A stretch of 64,000 bases of DNA from Eutreptiella sp. 'Long Island Sound 2002'. Its lineage: Eukaryota; Protista; Euglenida. The notes beneath the pieces were generated by a model. It saw only the letters and a program-made list of their open reading frames with translations. It was not told the origin of the DNA and ran no database searches. Within the stretch, counting starts at the first letter, position 1, and each line of letters begins with the position of its first letter. Shown one piece after another: positions 1-11,880 of this stretch. Location of the stretch: NCBI GenBank assembly GCA_964036045.1, contig OZ038379.1:1798001-1862000 (forward strand). The letters are read 5' to 3'. Made by a program: the position numbers and the translations under genes.

Positions 1-1425
1 GGAGGAGTGGCGGAGATGGCATGTGTATTCAAACAAGTTAAAATGGGCTTTGTGGGTATGCACACAGAGAACACCTGCTGCAAATGTGAACGACGGGGAA
101 GAACATTCCAAAAAGGTGGAGTAAAACTCAAAAGAGTAGGTGTGGTGCAGGGGGGGAGTGGGCATGGGAAGGAATGTGTACATGGTGCAATGAATTTGGG
201 TATTTTGCTATGATGGGTACTTGCTCGAATGAAATGCTGCCTGTTCGGGGGGGGGGGGGGGCTGAGCTGCATGGCTGGATGTGGCATGTGTGACCCAATG
301 GCAAATGAGTCAGCAACGTCGGGCGCATGCAGGACAACAAGGCGCTCTACAAATGCACGTCCTGGTATGCATACCGGGGGGGGGGGGGATTGGTGTGGGC
401 ATATTTAGGTAAGGCAAAATTCGGTGAGGGGAAAATTTGGTCCAAATCTCAAATACCGTGGAAAAATGTGTACAAATTTTCCAAATAATGGGCAATGCAG
501 GAATGTAACTGGAGACCTGCAGTTTGGAGGTGTAGTACTTCTACAATTCAGCTATCTGCTTTCCCTGCAACTCACCTGTGAAACAGGTTTCAAAGTGAAA
601 ACATGATGTCTCCAACAATTCAGACCCTCGGAACCTTGTAATGGAGAGAAAATGTGCATAGATCTGGTAAAGGCAAGAACGTGGCTTCGGTCCTTAAATA
701 CCACAGCAAAATGTGGTACAATTTTGCTGTGCCACATTTCGCCGTTCCGACTTTCGCACCTGCCGAATCCCCCCCCCCCCCCGGTATGCAGCAATGGTCA
801 GCAGTTCGTTTCGCATACTCATATCCAACAAATCAGGGATAGTTATATGTACAATCTGTCAGGCTGGTCCTAAGCTTCATCTTCGCTTGGCCGTGTTTTG
901 TCAGAGAACTCTAGCCTACATGTTACTGCACAAAGGGTGGGTCGACCATCTGGTTTGCACGGTAAGCTTGCCTGGCGCTGACTTCATTGGCCAGCTCGCT
1001 GTTATCCCCCTTTCGTCACGGGAAAGGCAAATCGAGAGAATGCGGGGAGAGTGGAGAGGGAAAAGAAAAGAAAACCTGACAGCAAATAAACTTTGCAGAA
1101 ACAGCATCAACACTTGACAGCATGTGCGGGGACAAGATCTTGGGGCTTCATCCATGGCTAAGCCTCCTTTGCAGGGTTCTTGTAGAAGAGACCGAATCCC
1201 CCATGGCATCACCAACACCGGGCGGTTGATACGACCCCAACGAGGAGGACCACTGCATGGAGGCGGACTGCGCGGATTTCCTGCGCTGGGCAGCCTGAAC
1301 TTTCAAGCATCTACAGGACATGTGCTAAAGCGCGCAGTATACCGCAATGCCTTTCCTTTGTATGGGGTATCAGGATCGCCACAGTCTGTACCTACCAGTG
1401 CACGAAGTGCGTGAAGAGATGATGA

Positions 1426-3603
1426 TCAACCACAGCTCGGACGATGTAGCGCCGGACCCACCGCCTTCCAATCGAAGCTGCCGGTCGACACACCTGCCTC
1501 GCTGTCCGAGGGCCTACCACCCTGCACACACGCTTGCCTCGCTGTCCCTGAATCAGCGCTGCCACGGCTACATCCCTGTCCCCACACCTGCCTCCTTGTC
1601 CCCACGTTGTTCAGCACGCCAGCGGGGCCAGCGCTGCCGGGGCGATTGCTGTGGGGGCTGCTACTCCTGCTGCCACCAGACGTAGCAGATGGAGCGGAAA
1701 ATGCCACATGCTCGACATATGCATTTTGAAGGCGCAATGCCATATCCCTGAAGCTGAGGCCCTTGTCTAATGTGAGGTGCGCGCCGCACGATGTGTACAA
1801 CGCCCTGTCGTCAGCTGAAGTGTTGGCGGATCTGATGCAGCAAAGCCCCCCGAAGCCGAGGGCGGTCAGCTGCTTCAAGAGGTCCGTGCCGTACACCGTC
1901 GTTGGCCCGTACTCCATGTTTTGATCCACGATGACGACATCGGCCAGTGCCATGGCGGCCTCCACAAAGCCCTCCAAATCGTCTTTGGTTGCTCCAAAAA
2001 TATCTACACAACTTCCCTGAAAATGACGCTTGAGGTTGACGTCCAATAGCCTTCGAGCAAGTTTGCTGTCATCGGCACAGCAGAAGCGAAGGTTCCAGGG
2101 ACGTTGCTGTATCACGGACGGCACGGGCTGCTCTGGCACGACAGTGCTTGAAACACTTATGCGATGGTCATCGCAGACTCGGACAGGCATAGAGGCCGCA
2201 AAAACCACTGTGTCGTCACCCTCTGCTTGAATTAGTGAGGCTACGGTACCAAGCCTTTTAGCAATCATGAATATGTGGCTCAGCCCAAGGCCATCAGACA
2301 GCCCACTGGGACTCAGCTCATGATGGTTGCCTTCGGAGGCTTGCCGGCAAAACTCGGGTGTAATCCGAGGCTTGGCTGGATCTGCACGATTCGTCACCCG
2401 GAACGTAATTGTATGTTCGGCAGTGCTGGGCTTGGGCTGCAGATCAATGTGCAGGGAAACGGCAGGCCCTTCAGGATGTCCATGTCGAAGCGCGTTGACA
2501 ATCACATTTTCCAACATCAATGCACACAGGCTCTCATCAATCCATACGTACTGGTCAGGGAATGTGACATGCGGCATTTGCCGGCCGGAGATCAGACCTT
2601 CAACAAATGTTGCAAGGTGCACCGATGTCAGCTGCGGGATGTACCCAGTGGAAAACACTCGGATCAGAACAAGCCTATTCTTGCACCATTTGATTCCACT
2701 CTGCAGCCGCTCTAAGGCCCGCTGCAAGAGCTCATCTGTGGTGTCATCCTCCAGGAACGTTTCAATGCAACCTTTTACCTCCGCCATGATGTTCTTGAGG
2801 TGGTGGTTGAGGATGCTGTCGGATTCAATATCTGCTTGTGCGTGCCTCAGTTCGGCTTCCAATGCTTGTGTCTCTCTTTGTCTGCTCTCTGCCAAGAACT
2901 GCTTTCGCTGTGCAATGCTGTGCAAAACGTTCATCCACAACACCATTAAAGGGATAAAAAGGGCAGGAATAGCGGGGAAAAGCTTTGGATACAAGTAGAT
3001 TGCCACAACGCCCCCCACGGGGAGCGCACAATTGGTCAGCAGGATCCATCGCGTATACAGAAAGCCATTCAGCATCAAACATTGCACCAGAACGCACAGG
3101 ATCGGACGGGAAAAGAGAAAGATGGCTGCCGCTGTGTGACGTTCAACCGCTGCTATGGCCGTATCCAACAGATCTGAGCTTATGCCCTCAAGAGATTGGC
3201 GAACGTTGACCTCCATAACATTCGATTCTGTGACCAAGTGCGCCATTTTGCCCACAACCCCCACAATGATAGCCATGCAAATTATATGTGATGCATAGGG
3301 CGAGACTGCATTCCACCATCGGATCAGGACCAGCGACGCCATGAGGAGAATACACATGGGAATCGCGGACAAAAGAGTGACCCATGAGACCCCAGATGAG
3401 CTGGAAACAAATCTAAACTGCCAGCCCTCCAAGGCTGCCAGGCAGACGAAGGCAAACACGGTCTTGGCCGCATTTGACCGGCTCATCTGGAAACCCCTCT
3501 CCTTCAACGGACATGAAAACCGGAATTCATTCCAAACAGAGAGCAGCTTGGTAGCACCCCAGGTCACTTCCGTGGGGTTCTCATTGCTGTTGGCAGTCGA
3601 CAT
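1426..3603 (-). CDS. Membrane-bound hybrid sensor histidine kinase with C-terminal receiver domain (~725 aa, intronless)
   Basis: About 6 hydrophobic segments, H-box ILNHHLKN (2791-2808), N-box LENVIVNALRHG, G2-like DGLGL, then receiver motifs ADD...VIVDQN...SAN...DKG. The start is placed at ATG 3603 (M51 of the 775-aa ORF) because a pyrimidine tract and TAG lie 8 nt upstream. Confidence 0.9.
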   Translation of the reverse strand: MSTANSNENPTEVTWGATKLLSVWNEFRFSCPLKERGFQMSRSNAAKTVFAFVCLAALEGWQFRFVSSSSGVSWVTLLSAIPMCILLMASLVLIRWWNAVSPYASHIICMAIIVGVVGKMAHLVTESNVMEVNVRQSLEGISSDLLDTAIAAVERHTAAAIFLFSRPILCVLVQCLMLNGFLYTRWILLTNCALPVGGVVAIYLYPKLFPAIPALFIPLMVLWMNVLHSIAQRKQFLAESRQRETQALEAELRHAQADIESDSILNHHLKNIMAEVKGCIETFLEDDTTDELLQRALERLQSGIKWCKNRLVLIRVFSTGYIPQLTSVHLATFVEGLISGRQMPHVTFPDQYVWIDESLCALMLENVIVNALRHGHPEGPAVSLHIDLQPKPSTAEHTITFRVTNRADPAKPRITPEFCRQASEGNHHELSPSGLSDGLGLSHIFMIAKRLGTVASLIQAEGDDTVVFAASMPVRVCDDHRISVSSTVVPEQPVPSVIQQRPWNLRFCCADDSKLARRLLDVNLKRHFQGSCVDIFGATKDDLEGFVEAAMALADVVIVDQNMEYGPTTVYGTDLLKQLTALGFGGLCCIRSANTSADDRALYTSCGAHLTLDKGLSFRDMALRLQNAYVEHVAFSAPSATSGGSRSSSPHSNRPGSAGPAGVLNNVGTRRQVWGQGCSRGSADSGTARQACVQGGRPSDSEAGVSTGSFDWKAVGPALHRPSCG

Positions 3604-3610
3604 AATTCCA

Positions 3611-3645
3611 CTAAGCAATGAAAATGACAAGACAACCTGTGCAAA
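3611..3645 (-). promoter_or_regulatory. Putative 3' (trans-)splice acceptor upstream of the kinase ATG
   Basis: The minus strand reads ttgtcttgtcattttcattgcttAG|tggaattATG. The spliced-leader interpretation is inferred from the euglenid context. Confidence 0.45.
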
Positions 3646-3883
3646 GCAGTCTGTATGACAGAAAGAAAATTTGGACTGGTTTAGGATGAGGGTCACCGAT
3701 CTGGTGTAAGCAGTAAGGTTCCGTATCCCTGTTTTAGGGTGTGCGTTGAACATGGGTTGGGGCAGCAGGCAGCATCAGCAGCAGTGCTTCGGTTGCCGCC
3801 CAAGTTTCGATGGATGATACGCTGACATCTGATGTTGATGACCAAAAAGTGAGCCACAACTGAAAGCTGAACATGGCTTATTG

Positions 3884-3930
3884 GCAGCAGGCAGCAGCAG
3901 CAGCAGCAGCCCTAGCAGCAGCAGCAGCAG
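3884..3930. repeat. (GCA)n microsatellite
   Basis: gcagcaggcagcagcagcagcagcagccctagcagcagcagcagcag. Confidence 0.85.
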
Positions 3931-4154
3931 TGCACCGCTGGACCATGGGACTCATTCAGGCCAATCTCTCCCCCGAGATGTGCTGCATGTGCACAATGCA
4001 CTGCGTAGAGGTGCACAGTGTACAGTGTGTAGAGTGTACTGTGCAACATGCACAGCGTGAGCGCAAGTGCAGCGTGCGTAATGTGCAGTGTTTAGGGTGC
4101 AGAGCACAGCTTGCAACGGCAACATGGCTAGTGCACAACGCAACAAAAAAAGCA

Positions 4155-4469
4155 TCAATGGTGCAAAGATAGGAGACCACTTGAGCTTTCCAACAAACCT
4201 ACAACTTCCCTCATTTCACAGATACAACCATCCTCTGGGGAAGGTGAATGATATTGTCCAAGTGCGGAAATGAAGCCCATCCCAGGACTGGGGTGGAAGA
4301 AAATCTTTTGGCGGGATACGTTCCCCAGCCCCGCTGTGCCTTGGAAGGCCTCGATCTGTGCAATGGTCACGTTGCCTTCGGCGATCTCCTCCTGGGCCTG
4401 GAGTAACCATTCTGTTGCTCGGTCATCGAACCCCTTGGACTTCCTGAGCGTCTCACCCAAATATACCAC
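4155..4469 (-). pseudogene. Possible retrotransposon gag-like relic
   Basis: The helical-looking segment DDRATEWLLQAQEEIAEGNVTIAQIEAF resembles capsid-type gag helices. No other domain supports the call. Confidence 0.25.
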
Positions 4470-5983
4470 ATCCCCAATGCAGAAGAAGCATCAAAAACCT
4501 GTTGTCAAACAACCCTCAGTACCACAGAGTATGGTTGTCTAGTACAACCAGACACCCAAATTGTTGCACTGCGTGCGCACTGCACTAAGGACGCTAATAA
4601 GGGCCCTGTGCTAAGGGACCCATTTCTGGAACTGTACAATGCGCATTTGTTGCTCCTCGGATGCTGGCACGCCTCCAGCTCCGCTGCCAACTTCCATGAC
4701 CAGTTCAGTCGCCTCAACTGCTGTTCAGCTACCTCCCCTTTCCCCTGTTGGTGTCTTGCTAGATTAGCAAGCCTCACGTTCTCATTTGATTTGGATTGCT
4801 ATTTCACGAAGCGGGGATCTTTCCCCATTAACCCCCGCATTTTCCACCATTTCTTCCTGTTGCTGGGCACTTTTTGGGTACATTACTGGGTGCTTTACCG
4901 GCCAACCCAGTCAGACGCTTCTCAGGCCTGGATGCTAGCCTTCGACGGTGGTCAACAAAAACAATTGTGACATGGAGATAACTGTTCACGCAGTGCGCAC
5001 AGTGCACACACTGCAAAGTTTTATGTGTGCGGGAGTTTGCCTTGTACCCCAAAACCTAAATGTTCGCGGGTGTGTGCCCACACTTGGTGTCGGCACAAGC
5101 AGGGCCACTGGGAGCCCACCCCCTACAGCCTCTACCCGTCTGTCCCCAAAATGAGCGCCCAACCGGTCTCTCTTTTGCAACAAAACGGTAGTGACAATCT
5201 CTTGATGGCCAGCAACGAGCCTCTTGCTTCACCTGCTGGCGTGTCGGCTCTGTTATGAGCGTAAGCAGGCTTCTCTTTGAGGGCTTGTGTATCTGCAAAG
5301 ATCTTCAGAAGAGATACACGCACATTTTTCAAGGATCAAGGCAGGGTTGATCTGCATCATGCAACGTGTCTGCGGCAAATGGTGTAATTTGTGCATGATG
5401 GTTGATGTACGCAATGTGCCAGCAACCTGGGTTCACTTTTTTCTCACCCGTGGCAATGTCTACTTTTCTGACTTTTTTTTGGGGGGGGCTGACTCGAAGT
5501 GTTCACGAGTACTCAAGATAGTTCTTGGAAATTGGGCGGCTCAAGTATATGATCCACTCGGGGGGGGGGGGGGGCTGGAAAAAAATTCTCCTCCCCCACA
5601 GTGTCACTTTTTCATGGAACATGCTACCCACCCCCCTAGTGGGGAGAAAAATTATTTTTCACATAACTATGCACTATATTCCTGGATGTTTGCTGAGAAT
5701 TCTTGTTCATTCGCCTTTGGTCCCATACCAACCTTACCCAACCCATACCCATGCTCAAGGGGAATCCTTGCACTGCGTGCTACTTTTAGACTAGATTCCG
5801 CCTAAAGATCCCAAAGGCCCTTCCAAACGCCCTTTAAATCAGGCAACCCCAAACACCCAAGCCTTGGGGGTGCAAAGTAGCTGAGGGGTGTAAAAATTGC
5901 AATCTGACTTGGAAATCTTTTTTCATTTTTTTCACTGAAAACTGTTGCATCCAAATTTGATGGGTTTTTCTCCACTGAAACTT

Positions 5984-6125
5984 GTGTGTGCTAGAATTCC
6001 TTGTACTTGAACATTGTGTATTGACACAATATAACACAATCATGTCAGACATCTGTGTGTGCTAGAATTCCTTGTACTTGAACATTGTGTATTGACACAA
6101 TATCACACAATCATGTCAAACATCT
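5984..6125. repeat. 71-bp tandem duplication (2 copies)
   Basis: ctagaattccttgtacttgaacattgtgtattgacacaat occurs at 5991 and 6062. Confidence 0.9.
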
Positions 6126-9100
6126 AACATCAACATCGCACGTAAGCTGTCTAACACTTAGGCCACGCAAATTACCCGACCCCCAGCCCCCCACCCCTTG
6201 GCTACGAGGGGCCATGCTGGCCCAGGGGGGATACACCTAAAAATGGGGTATAAATTTTTACCCAGGGGACCCCTTGCACCTGGTGAGGGGAAATGAAGTC
6301 TTTTATATTTCAAAAATGGTATTCTCATGTAACCAGATCCAAGGGAGTGCCACACAATAACCATGCATGCATATTGAGAGAGACTGCACTTGCAGCCACT
6401 TTTTGTAATACATCAACCATTTCGAGTGTACCACACATATGGAACATGCACCACTGCCCTATATGACAAGAAACACGATGTCACAGCCCTGACAATCACT
6501 GACACGGGGTGTGAGGGTGCAAAAACTGTCAACCGACAGTCACTGAAATCCATCATCACAAATGAGGTCTCTATTTGCCTATGTAGGGACCCCTGGACGA
6601 AATTTCTGCCAGATCTTGCAAAACCCTGAAAATGCAGAATGTATTCTTCAAAAACAACAAACTTGAACGAAATTTCTGCCAGCTCAACTAAAACAGAAAA
6701 ACGCAGTATCAAAATGGCAACAACACCTACAGAGACAGCGCAAGACGAAGGAACCGGGTTTATAAATAAACTACACACAATACACAGGCCAGAACAGACA
6801 GAACAGACAATCTACCGCCTCTTGTGCAAGCCAATAGCCCTCTGCTTGGAAGGCTTATATCCACCCTTCCCTGCATTGGCTTGTGGTGCCTATTGGGCAT
6901 CCACATCAGGGTTGGAAGCAGGAGCAGCAGCACTGGATGCCTGTGTCAGTTGGGAGGGGGTAAAATGGTCTGCAAAGGCATTGCCTTGTTGGACGCGGGT
7001 CCTACTAAAGGCCTGGGGGGTGGACTGTGTGGGAGTGCCATTGGCACTGGGCTTTGGTTTTTTTTCCTTAGCTGGTGTGCCTTCAGCTCCCCACCCCCCA
7101 TACCTGATTCCTTGGCCGAGGGCGCTTCTGCATGTCAACTCCCTCTTCCTCTTGTGAGGGGGGCTCCTCTTCTTGCTCTACATACCTCATTCCGGAACAA
7201 TCCATTGGAAGCCCGTCTTCCGGGTCATCACAGGCCCTATCCCAGTTAATGGGCGCCACAGAGTCGCAGTTTGACACACCGGCCCTCTGATTAGTACCAA
7301 AGGCCTCTGGCACTGCTTTGTCTTCAGACAAATACGCTACAGTAATGTTAACTGGGAACACACTCTGCACACACAGTGCTACGGCAAACATTGGTTGCTG
7401 TGTGGCAACCATTATTCATGTACTGTTCTGCTTCACTAAATTCATATGACATAGCAAAAAACACGCAATTTCAACAGGAAGGGGACTTGACAGTGTACGC
7501 TGTGTAAACGACATATAGCAGGGCAGACAGGAATTGAACTGGTGCAAACTGCAAAGTGCTAGTATTGTCCCATGCTGTAGACTGCAGAGGCCTTAGGCAG
7601 GTTGTAGACACAAACATCAGCATGGAAAAACTCCTCAGAATAGGCAACCTTCAAATTACCAATACATGCTCGCACATCTGCAGTTTCCCCTGTTACAGCA
7701 ATTAGAACACCATTCAGCAAAAAGTCCTCCATCCCAACCACTCGCCGTTGGCACCAACCCTCCGGCCCCTGCACCCACACCTGGCTCAGCCGACCCGAAC
7801 CCCCGCAGCGGCTCAGAGGCGCCTCGGGGTAGGGCCCAGCGCATCCGTCCCCCTCGGCTACGGCGGTATGCCCACCGGTGTGGTTATTTCGGGCGGCGTC
7901 AGGGTGGCTTCCGCGCCTGGCCCCTGCCCTTCGGTCCTCCTCCCCGCCTTGGGTGCGAAGTCTGCCAGCTCCACGCTCTCGTTCCCCTCTGTGTCCCCCT
8001 CGGCCATCCTGGTCCCCCACAGCTCGCCCTGGACCTTGTTGCCCTTGCCGCCGGTGACGGTTTCCTCTCGACCACCACCACGGCTGCTATGCAAAACCTC
8101 GGCAGTCTCAACTGCCTTCGTTTTTTCTCGGCCTTCTTCCGTGCCCCGTCGCCCCAGGTACAGGTAGCCCGCCGCCGTGCCGGTGACGTAGAGGCCCCAA
8201 ACTCGGGTCTGCGCCCCTCACGGCACTGGGGTCCCAGGCGACGTGCCGGGACTTGAGCCTCAACTGTATCCTGAGGGCCATGCAATTCGCAACAAAACTC
8301 ATAACTTAGAAAAACCTGTCACCAAAAAGCAAAGTTCCCACAAGCCCTCCAAGAGAACAACAGTTCAGCGAGAGCCAAACTGTCGTGAACAATGACAGTG
8401 GCTGACAAGTAAACATGTGCAGACCATACGGACTCTAGGTACGAGTAATAAATCGATTATAACATCAGGGGGGTGGTGTTCGCAGTAAATCCTCATAGCG
8501 CGCTTGGACGCGATCGGAGTTCAGCCCACAAACCTGACCTTCAGTGCACGAATTTAATACCAGCGGACCCGAATGTGCTTGGTTGAAATGAGGTAGTCGG
8601 CTGGACAAATATTAGCCTTCCCTTTGGGCTTCGCCTTTGGCTTTGGCTTCGCAGGAGGTTGGGGGGCTAGTTGCTCAGCTGGGGTCTTAGGCACATCAGA
8701 TTGCTAAGTTCCATTTGTACGTGCCTCATCATTGGTCTAGTCCGTGGGCTCACAAATGACATTTTCACGCTCATCAGTTGCAGATATAGCTTGAAAGCAG
8801 CAAAAGACACACACGGGCACTGTTGATGTGAGAAAATCGGGGACACTATATTGTAGAACACAGACAATACTACAGATCGGATAGAAACCAAATTCAAGAT
8901 TGCTAGTAGCTGTACAAAAGCGATGGGACAGTGCTACAGACTGGCGAATTCACAACAAAGGCGGGTCTGGACGAAATTTAGTCCTGCTTCCACGATGATA
9001 TCAAATAGTACAATGAAATCAAGAAATCCGAAAGCTGGACGAAAATTAGCCCAACTTTGAGGCATAACAACAAATAACACATGCAATTTAATCCCAACCC

Positions 9101-9205
9101 TGTGTGCTCTGTCCCACCTCCACATCTTCATCAAGCATCTCTAGGGACGAGTCACTGTAAACCTAGTCACCCCCACCATTGGCACTATCCGCATAATTGA
9201 AATCA

Positions 9206-11100
9206 TCAATAGGTGCAGGTGCAGGCATTGGGGGGGGGAGGGGGGGGGGGGGGAGGGGCTGGTGGAGGGGGGGGAGGGGGCGCAGGTTGCGCACGGCGGG
9301 CTTGCTTGGGTCGAGCTTTTGAGGCATTGGCACCTACTGTGTTAAAGATCTGGTAGCGCACATTGTGTTGCCTTTGATCCACATCAGAACATTTTTGAGC
9401 ATAGGTGTTAAGACAATCCTGCACACCATTTGGAATTTGTGTCCTTGCAATGAGACACCTGAGGCTAGAAGCAGTTCGGCAAAATCTTGCTCTTTGACCT
9501 TACTACGGGACAACCCTCCTGGAAAACGCATGGCAAGGGCTTCCTCAAGCTGTTTGACCGCATATTTATCCTCTTGAAAAATAGGAACAGGGAACCAGGC
9601 ATGTGATACATGTTGAATGAATAGGTGGACATTTTTGGTGTACTTTTCGACGGACTTCTGGGTCAAAACACCAGCACAATTTTTGTGCCCCGGCAGTGTG
9701 CGTGGCAGCGTTAGAAAAATGTCAGGCATTTGTTGCACCGAGTGCGCATTGCCAACCTCCTTTGACCTCATGAGAAGACGGCTCAACATTGCCTCGCCAT
9801 AGTGCTCACAAAACAGATAGCCAAGTGCGCGGCTATGCGAGTCAGACCAGAACAACAGTGCCACACTATTGGTCCACAGGTACTCAGTAGTCAGCCACTT
9901 GTCTGAAGGTATTATATGCATCAGCAGAACAGTACTCGTTGCAATACATTCCTTAGCATCAGTGTTGGAAGAGGCTATCCGACCATTCCAATTACATTCA
10001 CGAACAAGAACACCTAGGGCAAGCAGTGCCGGACAATAGGAATACAACAAGGCTTTCAGTCCGAGGAGACATTTGAGACCAACCGTGTGCACATCAGTTA
10101 GGTCTCTATAATTGTCTAATAGTACCTGTGTTGTACTATCCAACCGAGCCTCGTTGGTAGCAGTGGCAAGCAGCAGCCCAACAATTGTTTTCTCCATGTG
10201 ACGCAACTTCACTTTACGTGGTACCACAGCCCCGACCTTCAGGTCCCAACCTTGCTCAAGAACTTTAACAATTGGTATAAATGCTTTGTAGGTAACTCAA
10301 CGTGAGTGCCACACTACAATTCCAACACAACAAAAAAGGCCTCCTGTTGAGGGACACAACTGCAGTAGGATCCAAATCCAGCGGTGCACGAACAAAGGTC
10401 ATCAGCACAGGCCAATCTTGTATTGTATCCTGTTGTAGAGGCAACCCAACACAACGGACAAGATACGGAACGACTAGAGGGATTGCTTGTGCAACAACCT
10501 CCAAATGAGGCAGACCAGGGTATTGTGGCAGCTCAGTAGTGTGCAAAACAGCGATATGCAGGCATATTCAAGCTCTTATCAGGGTTGTGGGGGTCCGCCC
10601 CACTGATGTAGCGACGGTAGTTGTCATACCAGAAAGCAGATTGCTGCCTCTGGAATGACCTCCAGAGATGCCTAGCCTGGGCGGTAGCGACCTCTGAAAA
10701 TGTAGGTGTGTTGCAGGTGCATTCCCCTGCCATGACCAACTTGCGTCTGATGGACTGAGTCATAGTGCCCCGATATGAAGCCCCCGTGGCCCTCCGTGTG
10801 GATATGTGAGGACCCTTACAACGTTATACGGTGAAAACAATTGCTTTTGCAGTACAATTAACCATCTTGGTGGGCGCACACGATCCCAGACAACACGCAC
10901 ATCCAGCACAGTATGCCTAGGCTTTGTATTGTGTCGCAACTCAAGTTCCAACTCCAACTGGGGCAGGGCCCTGCCTTTCTTGAGTGCCAGTCGCATCACA
11001 ACCTTTGGGGTCCTGGCCCATGTACCACCCACGGCCGTTTGAAGAACGTGAATGTCAACCATTTTGAAGGCATCAAGCACAAATACCTGCAAAAGCAATA
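9206..11100 (-). pseudogene. Degenerate multi-frame coding relic of an unidentified element
   Basis: Protein-like segments switch frames: SAFWYDNYRRYISGADPHNPDKSLN, FVRAPLDLD...VVSLNRRPFLL, and a 297-aa ORF (9334-10227). Stops, frameshifts and TG/CA richness indicate decay. Confidence 0.4.
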
Positions 11101-11269
11101 GTCACAGCAAAACTCTATGCAGCCCAACAAAGGTAACACAATAGGGTGTGTGAAGCTAACAGCAAACTAGTCTGATACCAAAAACGTACGTATTGCCTGA
11201 GCAAAAGGGAGCAATGCAAGTGGGGGTGATGACAATAAAAACAATGACACAGCACGGGGGGGGGGGGGG

Positions 11270-11880
11270 TTGGGTCAAGGCCTCATCCGGACCTCCGGGA
11301 CCACAGACATCGCCCTTCCCTGCGCGTCACAACTGGTCCGGCGGGTTCACGGTTGTCCGGTCTCAAGGCCTACCGGACTGATGACCACCCCCATACCCGG
11401 CGGTGGCACACGCAAGAGGGACTTGCCGCCGTGCCTGTGTGTGTGGGGCGCGGTTGCTGTCTGGGGAAGGGTGTCGCCTGGTGCTCTAGGCCCCGGTGGG
11501 GAGGCCGGGGGAGCCTGACACTGAGCCCTAGGGGGAGTTGTCGGCCTGGACACGCCACCTCCAGGTCTACCGACATGCCGCTGGTCGCCCACTACTGCCA
11601 ATGGCAGGGGCTGGCCATGCTCCACACACGACTGGGGGCGGTCCACACTCCCTGATTGCACGGGCACGGGTGGTGCTGCTCTAGGCTGGACCTGCCTCCC
11701 ACGGTGACGGGACGGGCGGTTGGAGGGGCCCCGGGGCGCGCCGAGCGCTTCCCTGCCCCGGGGTCCACCCGGGCCAGAGGTCCGGGCGGCGGTGCAACTG
11801 TCCTCGTAAACAGGGGCGGGGGCGGAGGGCACACCACCCGAGTGACCGCTCCTTGGACACGAGGGGGGGGGGGCTGGCAG
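11270..11880. mobile_element. GC-rich fragment, probably a non-LTR retrotransposon remnant
   Basis: An abrupt GC/CpG-rich island bounded by G-runs, similar in composition to the LINE at 45.2-48.4 kb. No diagnostic motif was seen. Confidence 0.3.

Noticed and set aside
3604-3753. First 50 codons of the 775-aa kinase ORF
   Set aside because: They overlap a pyrimidine tract and AG acceptor; the sequence looks like outron/UTR, so M51 is preferred. RNA data are needed.
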